Shown in pieces: positions 44,123-53,935 of a stretch of 64,000 bases of DNA. The first letter of the stretch is position 1; every line of letters begins with the position of its first letter. The notes under the pieces are model-generated. The model searched no databases and had not been told where the DNA came from. It was given only the letters and a program-made list of their open reading frames with translations. This DNA is from Parcubacteria bacterium GBS-2 (GTDB taxonomy: Bacteria > Patescibacteriota > Minisyncoccia > Minisyncoccales > GBS-2): contig LEKP01000001.1 in assembly GCA_001443025.1 (NCBI GenBank), positions 97,889 to 161,888 on the forward strand, given 5' to 3'. A program made the position numbers and the translations under genes.

Positions 44123-45322
44123 ATGCCAGAAAAAGAAAAATTTGTAAGAACAAAACCCCACATTAACATAGGAACGATTGGTCACGTAGACCATGGAAAA
44201 ACTACTTTAACCGCTGCTATTTTGAAGGTTTTAAGCATGAAAGGTCTTTACGCGCCAGTGAAAACGGTTGAGGAGATAGACTCTGCGCCAGAGGAAAAAG
44301 CTCGAGGTTTAACCATTAATATTTCTCATTTGGAATATGAAACCGAAAAACGTCATTACGCTCATATTGATTGTCCGGGCCACGCAGACTACATTAAAAA
44401 CATGATCACTGGAGCAGCCCAAATGGATGGTGCGATTTTAGTAGTTTCTGCAGTAGATGGAGTGATGCCCCAAACAAGAGAGCACGTTTTACTAGCAAGA
44501 CAAGTGGGATTGCCAGCTTTAGTCGTTTTTATCAACAAATGCGATGCAGTAGCCGACAAAGAATTAATAGATTTGGTAGAAAGTGAAGTAAGAGAGCTTT
44601 TGAAAAAATACGAATTTCCAGGAGAAGAAATTCCAGTAGTGAAAGGATCTGCTTTAAAAGCCTTAGAAGCTACTTCTATAGACGACCCGTGGGCAAAATC
44701 AATTTTAGAATTAATGGATGCAGTTGACAATTACATTCCAGATCCAGTGAGAGAAATTGACAAACCATTTTTAATGGCGATCGAGGATGTTTTCACAATT
44801 GCTGGAAGGGGAACTGTTGTTACGGGAAGGATTGAAAGAGGAGTTATTCATCCAAACGATGAAATTGAGATTGTTGGAATAAAACCAACGATAAAAACTG
44901 TTGCAGTTTCAATAGAAATGTTTAGGAAAATTTTGGACGAAGGTAGAGCGGGAGATAATGTTGGAATTTTATTAAGAGGGGTGAAAAAAGAAGATGTTCT
45001 CAGAGGTCAAGTGGTAGCAGCTCCAGGAAGTGTTACTCCCCATTCAGAATTTGAGGCTCAAGTTTATGTCCTAACAAAAGAAGAAGGAGGAAGACACACA
45101 CCATTTTTCTCAGGATACAAGCCTCAATTTTATTTCAGAACTGCCGATGTTACAGGAGAGGTTATTTTGCCAGAAGGTACCGAAATGGTAATGCCAGGAG
45201 ATACCGTTAATTTAAAAGTGAAATTAATTTATCCAGTTGCGATGGAAGAAAAACAAAGGTTTGCTATCAGAGAAGGTGGAAAAACAATTGGGGCAGGTGT
45301 TGTTACAAAGATTATCAAATAA
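44123..45322 (+). CDS. tuf: elongation factor Tu
   Basis: [22 protein letters not shown]; 399 aa. Confidence 0.97.
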   Translation: MPEKEKFVRTKPHINIGTIGHVDHGKTTLTAAILKVLSMKGLYAPVKTVEEIDSAPEEKARGLTINISHLEYETEKRHYAHIDCPGHADYIKNMITGAAQMDGAILVVSAVDGVMPQTREHVLLARQVGLPALVVFINKCDAVADKELIDLVESEVRELLKKYEFPGEEIPVVKGSALKALEATSIDDPWAKSILELMDAVDNYIPDPVREIDKPFLMAIEDVFTIAGRGTVVTGRIERGVIHPNDEIEIVGIKPTIKTVAVSIEMFRKILDEGRAGDNVGILLRGVKKEDVLRGQVVAAPGSVTPHSEFEAQVYVLTKEEGGRHTPFFSGYKPQFYFRTADVTGEVILPEGTEMVMPGDTVNLKVKLIYPVAMEEKQRFAIREGGKTIGAGVVTKIIK

Positions 45323-45657
45323 TGGCAAAGAAAAAAGAAAAAGAGGAAGTTCCAAAACAGAAAATCAGAATAAAATTGAAAGCCTACGATTATAAAGTTA
45401 TTGATTCGTCTGCAAGGCAGATAATAGATGTTCTATTAAGATACGGTGCAAAAGTTGCAGGCCCTATTCCTTTGCCAACAGAAATCCACAGATATACAGT
45501 GAATAGAGATGCCTTTGTCCACAAAGATAGTAGAGAACAATTTGAAATCAGAATTCACAAACGATTGATTGAGGTTTGTGGATTGAATCAAAGGATAATC
45601 GATGCTTTACAAAATTTGAGCTTGCCAGCGGGAGTTGAAATTGAAATAAAAATTTAA
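45322..45657 (+). CDS. rpsJ: 30S ribosomal protein S10
   Basis: [28 protein letters not shown]; TAATG overlap with tuf. Confidence 0.95.
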   Translation: MAKKKEKEEVPKQKIRIKLKAYDYKVIDSSARQIIDVLLRYGAKVAGPIPLPTEIHRYTVNRDAFVHKDSREQFEIRIHKRLIEVCGLNQRIIDALQNLSLPAGVEIEIKI

Positions 45658-45697
45658 GTTTTTATGTTTTTCCACTAATTTTTTATTTTTGCCTCTA

Positions 45698-45727
45698 GAG
45701 AAAAACTCGAGATGTCGGGTTTTTCTC
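45698..45727 (+). other. 9-bp-stem hairpin between rpsJ and rplC (attenuator/processing candidate)
   Basis: GAGAAAAAC-N12-GTTTTTCTC followed by GGCATTTTT. Confidence 0.4.
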
Positions 45728-45741
45728 GGCATTTTTAAATT

Positions 45742-46356
45742 ATGAAGTTTATTTTAGGAAAGAAAATTAAAATGTCACAAATTTTCGATAGAGAAGGGAA
45801 CGTTATTCCCGTAACGATTATTGAAGCAGGCCCCTGCTATGTTACTCAATTGAAAACAAAAGACAAAGATGGATATGAAGCAGTTCAAATTGGTTTTGAA
45901 AGACTAAAAGAAAAGAAAATGACAAAGTCAAAGGAGAAAAAGCCATTTAAGTATCTAAGAGAATTTAGAGACGAGATTAAAAATTATCAATTAGGTCAAG
46001 AAATTACAGTTTCAATCTTTAAAGAAGGCGATTTAGTTTCCGTTTCTGGAATTTCAAAGGGAAAAGGCTTCGCGGGGGCAGTAAAAAGATGGGGATTTTC
46101 TGGAAGACCAGCCACTCACGGAATGAAGCATGAAGAAAGAACACTAGGGTCGGTTGGTTCTTCAACTCCCTCAAGAGTGATTAAAGGAAAAAAAATGCCA
46201 GGAAGAGCAGGTGGTGAAAGGGTAACGATTAAAAACTTAGAAATTGTTAAAGTAGAACCAGAGAAAAATTTATTGTACATTAAGGGAGCAGTGCCTGGTA
46301 GTCGCGGAACTCTTTTAGAAATCACCACCAAAAACAGAAATTCCACTGCTACGTAG
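45742..46356 (+). CDS. rplC: 50S ribosomal protein L3
   Basis: ILGKKIKMSQIFD..GKGFAGAVKRWGF..GAVPGSRG. The last ~7 codons and the stop lie inside the 46336-46364 repeat. Confidence 0.95.
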   Translation: MKFILGKKIKMSQIFDREGNVIPVTIIEAGPCYVTQLKTKDKDGYEAVQIGFERLKEKKMTKSKEKKPFKYLREFRDEIKNYQLGQEITVSIFKEGDLVSVSGISKGKGFAGAVKRWGFSGRPATHGMKHEERTLGSVGSSTPSRVIKGKKMPGRAGGERVTIKNLEIVKVEPEKNLLYIKGAVPGSRGTLLEITTKNRNSTAT

Positions 46357-46364
46357 CAATGGAG
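46336..46364. repeat. 29-bp repeat with palindromic core, copy 2
   Basis: AGAAATTCCACTGCTACGTAGCAATGGAG; contains the rplC TAG stop (46354-46356). Confidence 0.85.
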
Positions 46365-46392
46365 AAATTAATTTTGAGGAGTTTTAATTATC

Positions 46393-47040
46393 ATGTTAGT
46401 TAAAGTTTACAATGCAAAGGGGGAAGTAGTTGGAGAAACTGAGTTACCGTCAGAAATTTTTAATGTTGAATTCAATCCAGATTTGGTTCATCAGGTTGTT
46501 GTTTCTCAAATGGCAAACAAAAGACAACCTATCGCTCATACTAAAGACAGATCTGAAGTTTCAGGAAGTGGAAGAAAAATTTGGCCCCAAAAAGGGTTAG
46601 GAAGGGCAAGGCACGGGGATATTCGAGCTCCGATTTTCAGACATGGTGGAGTTGCCCACGGTCCAAGGAAAGAGAAAATTTATAAAGTAAAAATTCCAAA
46701 AAAAATGAAAAGGAAAGCTCTTTTTATGGTTTTATCGCAAAAGGTAAAAGACGATGAATTGATTTTGTTGGATGATTTGAAAATAGAAAAGCCGAAGACA
46801 AAATTGGTGGCAAAAATAATTCAGAATTTAAGAGAAAAAATTGAAAATTTCAAAAAAGGTTCTGTTCTCATTGCCATTCCAAAAAAAGATGAAAATTTAA
46901 TTTTGGCAGCAAGAAATATTCCAAAAGTTGGAGTTTTGGAGGCAAGGAATTTGAACTGTTTAGATTTGCTAAATTATAAATTTTTATTGATGCCAAAAGA
47001 GTCAATTGAAAAAATTAAAGAAACATTTTTGAAAAAATGA
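46393..47040 (+). CDS. rplD: 50S ribosomal protein L4
   Basis: Operon position; KGLGRARHGDIRAPIFRHGGVAHGP. Confidence 0.95.
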   Translation: MLVKVYNAKGEVVGETELPSEIFNVEFNPDLVHQVVVSQMANKRQPIAHTKDRSEVSGSGRKIWPQKGLGRARHGDIRAPIFRHGGVAHGPRKEKIYKVKIPKKMKRKALFMVLSQKVKDDELILLDDLKIEKPKTKLVAKIIQNLREKIENFKKGSVLIAIPKKDENLILAARNIPKVGVLEARNLNCLDLLNYKFLLMPKESIEKIKETFLKK

Positions 47041-47315
47041 GGGAAGAGCAAATTATAATCAGACCAGTTTTAACAGAGAAAGCAAGGGAACTTTCAGAAA
47101 AGGGACAATATGTTTTTGAAGTTTCAAAGCTAGCAAACAAAAGTGAAATAAAAAAGGCAATAGAAAAGCTTTTCAAGGTCAAAGTAGAAAAAGTTAGAAT
47201 CATAAAGCTTCCAGAAAAGCCAAGAAGGCTTGGAAGAATTTTTGGGAAAAAGGGAGGAATTAAAAAGGCAATCGTTAAATTAAAAGAAGGTCAAAAAATT
47301 GAAATTTTTAAATGA
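47037..47315 (+). CDS. rplW: 50S ribosomal protein L23
   Basis: Operon position; [29 protein letters not shown]. Confidence 0.93.
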   Translation: MREEQIIIRPVLTEKARELSEKGQYVFEVSKLANKSEIKKAIEKLFKVKVEKVRIIKLPEKPRRLGRIFGKKGGIKKAIVKLKEGQKIEIFK

Positions 47316-48088
47316 TGAGTACAACAGTTTTAACAAAAAAAGAGCCAGAAAAGAAACTTTTGAGGCCAAAAAAGAAAAAGGCTGGAAGGTCAACCCAGAC
47401 AGGACAAATTACAGTTAGACATCGCGGAGGGGGAGTAAAAAGGCTTTATCGAGTTGTTGATTTTGGGCAAGAAAAATTTAAAATTCCAGGAAAAGTGATT
47501 GCAATAGAATATGATCCAAATAGGACTGCTTATTTGGCTTTGGTAGAATATCAGGATGGAGAAAAAAGATATGTTTTGGCTCCCCATGGAATAAAGATTG
47601 GTGATGAAATAATTTGTGATGAGAAGACAGAAGTTAAAATTGGAAATAGAATGAAATTAAAAAATATTCCAATTGGAACTGAGGTTTTCAACGTTGAATT
47701 GATCCCAGGAAAAGGTGGAAAAATGGTTAGAGCAGCAGGAACTTGTGCTAAAGTTTTAGGTCAAGAAGGAGAATATACTATTTTGGAATTACCTTCTAAA
47801 GAACGAAGGAGAGTTTTTTCAGAATGTTTTGCGACGATTGGAAGAGTTTCTAACCCAGAACACATTTTTGAAGACATTGGAAAAGCAGGAAGGAGAAGAT
47901 TGAAAGGATGGAGACCTACAGTAAGAGGGAAGGCAATGAATCCAGTTGATCATCCCCATGGCGGAGGAAAGGGCAAAGCCCCAATTGGAATGCCCTATCC
48001 AAAAACTCCCTGGGGAAAACCTGCCAGGGGAGTAAAAACCAGAAAGAAAAAATGGACAGATAAATTAATAATTAAGAGAAGAAAATAA
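47312..48088 (+). CDS. rplB: 50S ribosomal protein L2
   Basis: [32 protein letters not shown]. Confidence 0.95.
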   Translation: MMSTTVLTKKEPEKKLLRPKKKKAGRSTQTGQITVRHRGGGVKRLYRVVDFGQEKFKIPGKVIAIEYDPNRTAYLALVEYQDGEKRYVLAPHGIKIGDEIICDEKTEVKIGNRMKLKNIPIGTEVFNVELIPGKGGKMVRAAGTCAKVLGQEGEYTILELPSKERRRVFSECFATIGRVSNPEHIFEDIGKAGRRRLKGWRPTVRGKAMNPVDHPHGGGKGKAPIGMPYPKTPWGKPARGVKTRKKKWTDKLIIKRRK

Positions 48089-48089
48089 C

Positions 48090-48416
48090 ATGCCGAGGAG
48101 CTTAAAAAAAGGTCCATATGTAGATCAAAAATTGTTAAAGAAGGTTTTGAAACTGAAGGCAGAAAAGAAAGAGGAACCCATAAAGACCTGGGCCAGAGAT
48201 TGTACTATCATCCCAGAGTTTGTCGGAATTACTTTTTTGGTTCACAATGGAAAAGATTTTATTCCAGTGAAAATTAGAGAGGAAATGGTTGGTCATAAAC
48301 TCGGCGAATTTGCCCCAACGACAAAATTCATTAGACACGGTGGTAAAATGCAAAGAGAATTGGAAAAGAAAGTAGCAAAGAAAGAGGCAGAAAAAATTAA
48401 AGCAGAAATGAAATAA
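48090..48416 (+). CDS. rpsS: 30S ribosomal protein S19
   Basis: [33 protein letters not shown]. Confidence 0.95.
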   Translation: MPRSLKKGPYVDQKLLKKVLKLKAEKKEEPIKTWARDCTIIPEFVGITFLVHNGKDFIPVKIREEMVGHKLGEFAPTTKFIRHGGKMQRELEKKVAKKEAEKIKAEMK

Positions 48417-48419
48417 AGA

Positions 48420-48764
48420 ATGAAAGAGGTAAAAGCAAAATTAAAATATTTAAGGATTGCACCAAGAAAAGTAAGGTTGGTAGCAGATTTAATAAGAGGA
48501 AAAACAGTTGAGGAAGCTGAAAGGATTTTGAATTTTACAAGAAAAAAAGCAGCCCCTCCTCTTTTGAAGCTTTTAAAGTCTGCGATTGCCAACGCAAGGC
48601 ACAATTTCAATTTAGATGAGAAAAACCTTTACATTTCAAAAATTACAGTCGATGAAGGTCCAAAAATGGAAAAAATTTTCCCAAGAGCAAGAGGAAGAGC
48701 AGATATAGTTCAAAAGAAAACTTCTCATGTAACTTTAATTTTAAAAGAAAAAGAAAAAACATGA
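48420..48764 (+). CDS. rplV: 50S ribosomal protein L22
   Basis: AKLKYLRIAPRKVRLVADLIRGK. Confidence 0.95.
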   Translation: MKEVKAKLKYLRIAPRKVRLVADLIRGKTVEEAERILNFTRKKAAPPLLKLLKSAIANARHNFNLDEKNLYISKITVDEGPKMEKIFPRARGRADIVQKKTSHVTLILKEKEKT

Positions 48765-49396
48765 CATTCAAAGCTCATCCAAAAGGTTTAAGATTAAGAA
48801 GAATGGAAGATTGGGACTCCAGAGGTTTTTATGAGAAAGATTTTGCGAAAAAATTAGAAGAAGATTTTAAAATTAGAAAATATCTCGAAGAAAATTTAAA
48901 AGAAGGCCTAGAAAGAATTGAAATTGAAAGGTCTCCAGGAAGAATCAATCTAATAATCAATACCTCAAGACCAGGTTTGATAATTGGAAGAGGTGGAGAA
49001 GGAGTTGAAAAAATAAAAAAAGATATTGAAGAGAAGATTTTAAAAAGGAAAGGAGAATTAAGAATTGAGGTAAGAGAAGTGAAGAATCCTTGGGCTTCTG
49101 CAACTTTGGTGGCAAAGTGGATGGCAAGTCAAATTGAAAAAAGAGTGCCCTACAGAAGGGTTCTTAAGACCGCCTTAGCTAGAATTATGAGCCAAAAAGG
49201 AGTTGAAGGAGCGAGAGTTCAAGTTGCAGGAAAATTAGATGGAGTAGAAATTGCAAGAACTGAGTGGTTACAACAGGGAAAACTCCCAAGGCAAACATTG
49301 AGAGCAAACATAGATTATGCCCAAGCCACTGCTTTTTGTACTTACGGAACAGTTGGGATAAAGGTTTGGATTTATAAGGGAGAAAAATTTGACTGA
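48761..49396 (+). CDS. rpsC: 30S ribosomal protein S3
   Basis: KH domain GLIIGRGGEGVEK..; C-terminal GKLDGVEIARTEW. Confidence 0.95.
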   Translation: MTFKAHPKGLRLRRMEDWDSRGFYEKDFAKKLEEDFKIRKYLEENLKEGLERIEIERSPGRINLIINTSRPGLIIGRGGEGVEKIKKDIEEKILKRKGELRIEVREVKNPWASATLVAKWMASQIEKRVPYRRVLKTALARIMSQKGVEGARVQVAGKLDGVEIARTEWLQQGKLPRQTLRANIDYAQATAFCTYGTVGIKVWIYKGEKFD

Positions 49397-49806
49397 TGCA
49401 GTTTAGACCAGCAAAAACTAAATACAGAAAAGAACAAAGAGGAAGAGGTTTTGAAGGGACTGAAACCAGAGCAACAAATTTGGCCTTTGGTTCTTTTGGT
49501 CTGAAGGCGCTAGAATCTAAATGGATAAACGAAAAGCAATTAGAAGCAGTAAGGAAGATAATTTTGAAATACTTAAAAAAGGGTGGGAATGTTTGGTTCA
49601 GAGTTTTCCCTCAAAAACCCATTACTTCAAAGGGAGTGGAATTTTCAATGGGAGGAGGAAAAGGAGATGTTGTAGGCTATGTTGCTCCAGTTAAAAAGGG
49701 AAGGATTATAGTCGAAATTGATGGTATTGACGAAGAAGTTGCAAGAGAAGCTTTGAGAAAAGCTGCAGCAAAACTTCCAATTAAGACAAAATTTGTGAAA
49801 AAATGA
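49396..49806 (+). CDS. rplP: 50S ribosomal protein L16
   Basis: RPAKTKYRKEQRGR..ITSKGVEFSMGGGKG. Confidence 0.95.
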   Translation: MQFRPAKTKYRKEQRGRGFEGTETRATNLAFGSFGLKALESKWINEKQLEAVRKIILKYLKKGGNVWFRVFPQKPITSKGVEFSMGGGKGDVVGYVAPVKKGRIIVEIDGIDEEVAREALRKAAAKLPIKTKFVKK

Positions 49807-50015
49807 GGGCAAAAGAATTGAGAGAAAAGAAAATAGAGGAGTTAAAAAAAGTTTTAAAAGAAAAGAGGGAAAAGTTAAAAAACTTAAAACTTGATTTAAT
49901 TCAAGGAAAGTTGAAAAATGTAAGGGAAATTAGAGAAGCAAAAAGGGATATTGCAAGGATTTTAACAATTTTAAGAGAAAAAACATGCCAAAAAGAAGAT
50001 TCATTGGACAAGTAA
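49803..50015 (+). CDS. rpmC: 50S ribosomal protein L29
   Basis: Operon position; [33 protein letters not shown]. Confidence 0.9.
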   Translation: MRAKELREKKIEELKKVLKEKREKLKNLKLDLIQGKLKNVREIREAKRDIARILTILREKTCQKEDSLDK

Positions 50016-50227
50016 TATCAGACAAAATGCAAAAAACGGTTGTAGTTAAAGTGGAGAAGGTAAAACGCCACCCGCTTTATAAAAAGACCTACAAAGTCCA
50101 CAAAAAATATCATGCTCACGATGAATTAGGTTGTAAAGTAGGAGATACTGTTTTAATCGAAGAATCAAGACCTTATTCAAAGACAAAAAAGTGGAAAGTA
50201 GTCCAAATAATTGAAAGAGCAACATGA
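49985..50227 (+). CDS. rpsQ: 30S ribosomal protein S17
   Basis: [36 protein letters not shown]. Confidence 0.93.
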   Translation: MPKRRFIGQVISDKMQKTVVVKVEKVKRHPLYKKTYKVHKKYHAHDELGCKVGDTVLIEESRPYSKTKKWKVVQIIERAT

Positions 50228-50595
50228 TTCAGATGAAAACAAAATTGAAAGTAGCAGATAATACTGGAGCAAAAGTCATTCAGTGTATTAGAGTTTTGGG
50301 TGGGTCAAAAAGAAGATATGGAAGAGTTGGAGATGTGATAGTTGGTGTAATAAAGGAGGCAGAGCCAAGGAGAGAGATAAAAAAGCATCAAATCGTCAGA
50401 GCTGTGATTGTTAGGACAAGAAAAGAAATTAGAAGAAAAGATGGAACTTATGTTAGGTTCGACGATAATGCTTGCGTAATAATTGACCCAAAAACTGGAG
50501 ATCCAAAAGGAACGAGAATAATTGGTCCCATCGCAAGAGAAGTAAAAGAAAAAGGTTTTGAAAAAGTTGCAGCTTTGGCAGAAGAAATAGTATGA
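50224..50595 (+). CDS. rplN: 50S ribosomal protein L14
   Basis: [27 protein letters not shown]. Confidence 0.95.
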   Translation: MIQMKTKLKVADNTGAKVIQCIRVLGGSKRRYGRVGDVIVGVIKEAEPRREIKKHQIVRAVIVRTRKEIRRKDGTYVRFDDNACVIIDPKTGDPKGTRIIGPIAREVKEKGFEKVAALAEEIV

Positions 50596-50897
50596 AGATA
50601 AAAAAAGGAGACACAGTTTTAGTAATTTCTGGAAAATGGAGGGGAAAAGTTGGAAAAGTTTTGAGAGCTTTTCCAAGGGAGTTTAAAGTTTTGGTAGAGG
50701 GAGTGAATATTGTTAAAAAACATCAAAGACCAAAGAGAGCAGGAGAAAAGGGACAAATTGTTGAAATTTCAAAACCAATTCCTGTTTCAAAAGTGAAATT
50801 AATTTGTCCTTCTTGCAAAAAAGCGACTAAAGTTGGCTACAAAATCGAGGGCGAAGAAAAATTTAGAATTTGTAAAAAATGCGGAGCAAAAGTATGA
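50592..50897 (+). CDS. rplX: 50S ribosomal protein L24
   Basis: [22 protein letters not shown] (KOW motif), plus a CxxC..CxxC tail. Confidence 0.93.
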   Translation: MKIKKGDTVLVISGKWRGKVGKVLRAFPREFKVLVEGVNIVKKHQRPKRAGEKGQIVEISKPIPVSKVKLICPSCKKATKVGYKIEGEEKFRICKKCGAKV

Positions 50898-51448
50898 GGT
50901 TAAAGGAAAAATATGAAAAAGAAGTAATTCCAAAGATGATGGAAATTTTTGGTTTTGAAAATAAAATGGAAGTTCCAAAGGTTGAAAAAGTTATAATAAA
51001 TTGTGGTTTTGGAAAGTTGGTTGCTGGTAAGAGCGAAAAGGAAAAAGAAGAAATCATAAAAAACATAGTACACGATCTTTCGATGATTACAGGACAAAAG
51101 CCTATTTTAACAAGAGCAAAAGAGTCAATTTCTGCGTTTAAAATAAAAAAAGGAGAAGAAATTGGGGCAAAAGTAACCTTAAGAAGAAAGAGAATGTATG
51201 ATTTTTTAGAAAGGCTAATTAATATTGGACTTCCAAGGTCGAGAGATTTTAAAGGAGTGGAAAAGAGTTGGTTTGATCAATCTGGAAATTTAAACATTGG
51301 CATTAAAGAACAAATTGCCTTTCCGGAAGTTTCTCCAGAAGAAACAAAATTTATTTTTGGGTTTCAGGTGACAATAGTTACCAATGCAAAAAAGAGAGAA
51401 CATGCTATTGAATTAATGAAGCTTTTGGGTTTTCCGATTAAAGAATAA
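50894..51448 (+). CDS. rplE: 50S ribosomal protein L5
   Basis: [13 protein letters not shown]; ATGA overlap with rplX. The ORF-track start at 50879 was rejected. Confidence 0.93.
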   Translation: MRLKEKYEKEVIPKMMEIFGFENKMEVPKVEKVIINCGFGKLVAGKSEKEKEEIIKNIVHDLSMITGQKPILTRAKESISAFKIKKGEEIGAKVTLRRKRMYDFLERLINIGLPRSRDFKGVEKSWFDQSGNLNIGIKEQIAFPEVSPEETKFIFGFQVTIVTNAKKREHAIELMKLLGFPIKE

Positions 51449-51453
51449 ATTTT

Positions 51454-51639
51454 ATGCCAACAAAAGCAAAAATTGTAAAAGCGCAAAAACCACCAAAGTA
51501 TAAAACCCGAATTGAAAGGAGGTGTTTTAAATGTGGGAGAAAAAAAGGATACATGAGAAAATTTGGACTTTGCAGAATTTGCTTTAGAGAAATGGCAAGG
51601 CAAGGTCTAATCCCAGGAGTAAAAAAAGCCTCTTGGTAA
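51454..51639 (+). CDS. rpsN: 30S ribosomal protein S14, type Z (zinc-binding, 61 aa)
   Basis: [24 protein letters not shown]. Confidence 0.93.
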   Translation: MPTKAKIVKAQKPPKYKTRIERRCFKCGRKKGYMRKFGLCRICFREMARQGLIPGVKKASW

Positions 51640-51641
51640 AT

Positions 51642-52058
51642 ATGTCAGTAGATCCAATTTCAGACATGTTTTGTGCAATAAAGAATGCTCAAGCTGTTAA
51701 AAAAGAGACAGTTGATATTCCCTTTTCAAAAATGAAATTTGAAATTGCAAAAATTTTAGAAAAAGAAGGTTTTATTGAAAAAGTTGAAAAAATAAAAAAG
51801 AAAATTCAAAAAGGAAGAAAAAAACCAAAACCATTTCTGAGAATAAAGTTAAAGTATGATGAGAACAAGATAGGAGCGATTTCAGATATAAAAAGAATCT
51901 CAAAACCAGGACAAAGAATTTATTTACCTTATAAAAGAATTAAAAAAGTGAAAGGAGGCTATGGGATTGCGATAATTTCAACTTCAAAAGGAATAATGAC
52001 TGATAAAGAAGCAAGGAAACAAAAGGTTGGGGGAGAGGTAATATGTGAAGTATGGTAG
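51642..52058 (+). CDS. rpsH: 30S ribosomal protein S8
   Basis: MSVDPISDMFCAIKNAQ..; the ATG 3 nt after the rpsN stop is taken as the start. Confidence 0.93.
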   Translation: MSVDPISDMFCAIKNAQAVKKETVDIPFSKMKFEIAKILEKEGFIEKVEKIKKKIQKGRKKPKPFLRIKLKYDENKIGAISDIKRISKPGQRIYLPYKRIKKVKGGYGIAIISTSKGIMTDKEARKQKVGGEVICEVW

Positions 52059-52059
52059 T

Positions 52060-52605
52060 ATGTCAAGGATAGGTAAAAAACCAATTGAAATTCCAAAAGA
52101 AGTTCAAGTTAAAATCGAAGGTCAAAAAGTAATAGTTTCTGGTCCAAAAGGGACTTTGGAAAGAGAATTTCGGCCAGAAATTGGTTTTGAGATTAAAGAA
52201 GGGAAGATTTTTGTTTTTCCAAAAATTGAATCAAAAGTGGCAAAAGCTCTTTGGGGAACCTACAGGCAGTTAATATCCAATATGATTGAGGGAGTTGTAA
52301 AGGGGTATGAAAAGAAATTAGAAATTGAGGGATTAGGATATAAAGCTACAATGGAGGGAGAAAATTTAGTTTTAAGAGTAGGCTTTTCACATCCAGTAAT
52401 AATTGCACCTCCAAAGGAAATTAAGATTTCAGTTGATAAAAATATTATTACCGTTTCCGGGATTGACAAAGAATTAGTTGGCCAAGTAGCTGCTAATATT
52501 AAGAAAGTAAAACCTGCAGAGCCCTACAAAGGAAAAGGAATAAAATATCTTGGAGAAAAAATTAGGAGAAAAGTTGGAAAAAAGGCAACTGCGGGTGCAA
52601 AATAA
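52060..52605 (+). CDS. rplF: 50S ribosomal protein L6
   Basis: MSRIGKKPIEIP..GYKA..VGFSHPV. Confidence 0.93.
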   Translation: MSRIGKKPIEIPKEVQVKIEGQKVIVSGPKGTLEREFRPEIGFEIKEGKIFVFPKIESKVAKALWGTYRQLISNMIEGVVKGYEKKLEIEGLGYKATMEGENLVLRVGFSHPVIIAPPKEIKISVDKNIITVSGIDKELVGQVAANIKKVKPAEPYKGKGIKYLGEKIRRKVGKKATAGAK

Positions 52606-52622
52606 AATAAAGAGCAAAAGCT

Positions 52623-52979
52623 ATGGAAAGAAAAGAAAAAATAAAAAGGAGGGAAAAGAGAAAAAAGAGAACAAGGAGAAAAACTTTTGGTACTAAAGAG
52701 AGACCGAGACTTTGTGTTTTCAGATCGTTAAAGCATATTTATGCCCAGATCGTCGATGATACCGAAGGTAAAACTTTAGTTTCTGCCTCCGATCGTGAAT
52801 TAAAAGAGAAAAAAGGATTAAAAAAGGTTGAAATAGCAAGAGAAGTTGGAAAATTGATTGCAAAAAAAGCTTTAGAAAAGAAAATAGAGAAAGTTTCTTT
52901 TGACAGGTCAGGTTATAAATATCATGGGAGGGTGAAAGCTTTGGCAGAAGGAGCAAGAGAAGGAGGACTAAATTTTTAA
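52623..52979 (+). CDS. rplR: 50S ribosomal protein L18
   Basis: [44 protein letters not shown]. Confidence 0.93.
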   Translation: MERKEKIKRREKRKKRTRRKTFGTKERPRLCVFRSLKHIYAQIVDDTEGKTLVSASDRELKEKKGLKKVEIAREVGKLIAKKALEKKIEKVSFDRSGYKYHGRVKALAEGAREGGLNF

Positions 52980-52995
52980 TTTTTAATTTTTAAAC

Positions 52996-53490
52996 ATGGA
53001 GGAATTAGAGCAAAAAAAAGAGGAAAAAATCGAGACAAAACTTTTAGATTTAAAAAGAGTTGCCCACACTAGAGCTGGTGGGAAAAAGTTAAGATTTAGA
53101 GCGGTAATGGTTGTTGGAAATAAAGCCGGAAAAGTTGGGGTTGGGGTGGCTTCTGGTTTGGATGTTGCTCAAGCAATCGAAAAAGCAACTTTTCAGGCAA
53201 AGAAGAATATGATCGAAGTTCCAATTGTTAATGACACTATTCCTCACGAAGTTTACGCAAAATATGGACCCGCAAAGGTTTTATTGAAACCTCAAAGAAA
53301 AGGTAGAGGACTTGTTGCAGGAGGGACAGTGAGAATTGTTTGTCTTTTAGCTGGGATTAAAAACATTTCTTCAAAAAATTTAGGGAGAACTTCTAACAAA
53401 ATGAATGTTGCAAGAGCAACCATAGAGGCGTTAAAAAAATTGAAAAAGAAACCGATTGAACAACAAACAATTAAAAACAAAACAGAATGA
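52996..53490 (+). CDS. rpsE: 30S ribosomal protein S5
   Basis: VAHTRAGGKKLRFRAVMVVGN..GRGLVAGGTVR. Confidence 0.93.
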   Translation: MEELEQKKEEKIETKLLDLKRVAHTRAGGKKLRFRAVMVVGNKAGKVGVGVASGLDVAQAIEKATFQAKKNMIEVPIVNDTIPHEVYAKYGPAKVLLKPQRKGRGLVAGGTVRIVCLLAGIKNISSKNLGRTSNKMNVARATIEALKKLKKKPIEQQTIKNKTE

Positions 53491-53506
53491 ACAAAAATAA
53501 AAAATT

Positions 53507-53935
53507 ATGCAAATACATCAATTGAAACCAAAGACAAAAAGAAAGAAAGAAAAAAGAGTAGGAAGAGGGGGAGACAGTGGTCCTTATTGTGGAAGGGGCG
53601 TTAAAGGACAAAAGTCAAGGGCAGGAAGAAAATTAAAACCTATTATCAGGGATATTTTAAAGAAATATCCAAAGCTAAGAGGATACAGATTTAAAGCAAA
53701 GAAGGATTACGAAATAATCAATCTTGAAAAAATTGAAAAAGTTTTTCAAGACGGAGAGAGAGTTACTCCTGAAATTTTGGTTGAAAAAAAATTGATTAGG
53801 AGAAAGGCTGGAAAAGTACCGAAGGTTAAAGTTTTAGGCAGAGGAAAACTTACTAAACAGCTTATTTTCGAAAATTGCAAGATTTCAAAATCTGCAAAAG
53901 AAAAAATCGAGAAAGCGGGAGGCCATGTGGTATAA
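53507..53935 (+). CDS. rplO: 50S ribosomal protein L15
   Basis: RVGRGGDSG.YCGRGVKGQKSRAG. Follows S5 directly, with no L30 gene in the 16-nt gap. Confidence 0.93.
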   Translation: MQIHQLKPKTKRKKEKRVGRGGDSGPYCGRGVKGQKSRAGRKLKPIIRDILKKYPKLRGYRFKAKKDYEIINLEKIEKVFQDGERVTPEILVEKKLIRRKAGKVPKVKVLGRGKLTKQLIFENCKISKSAKEKIEKAGGHVV

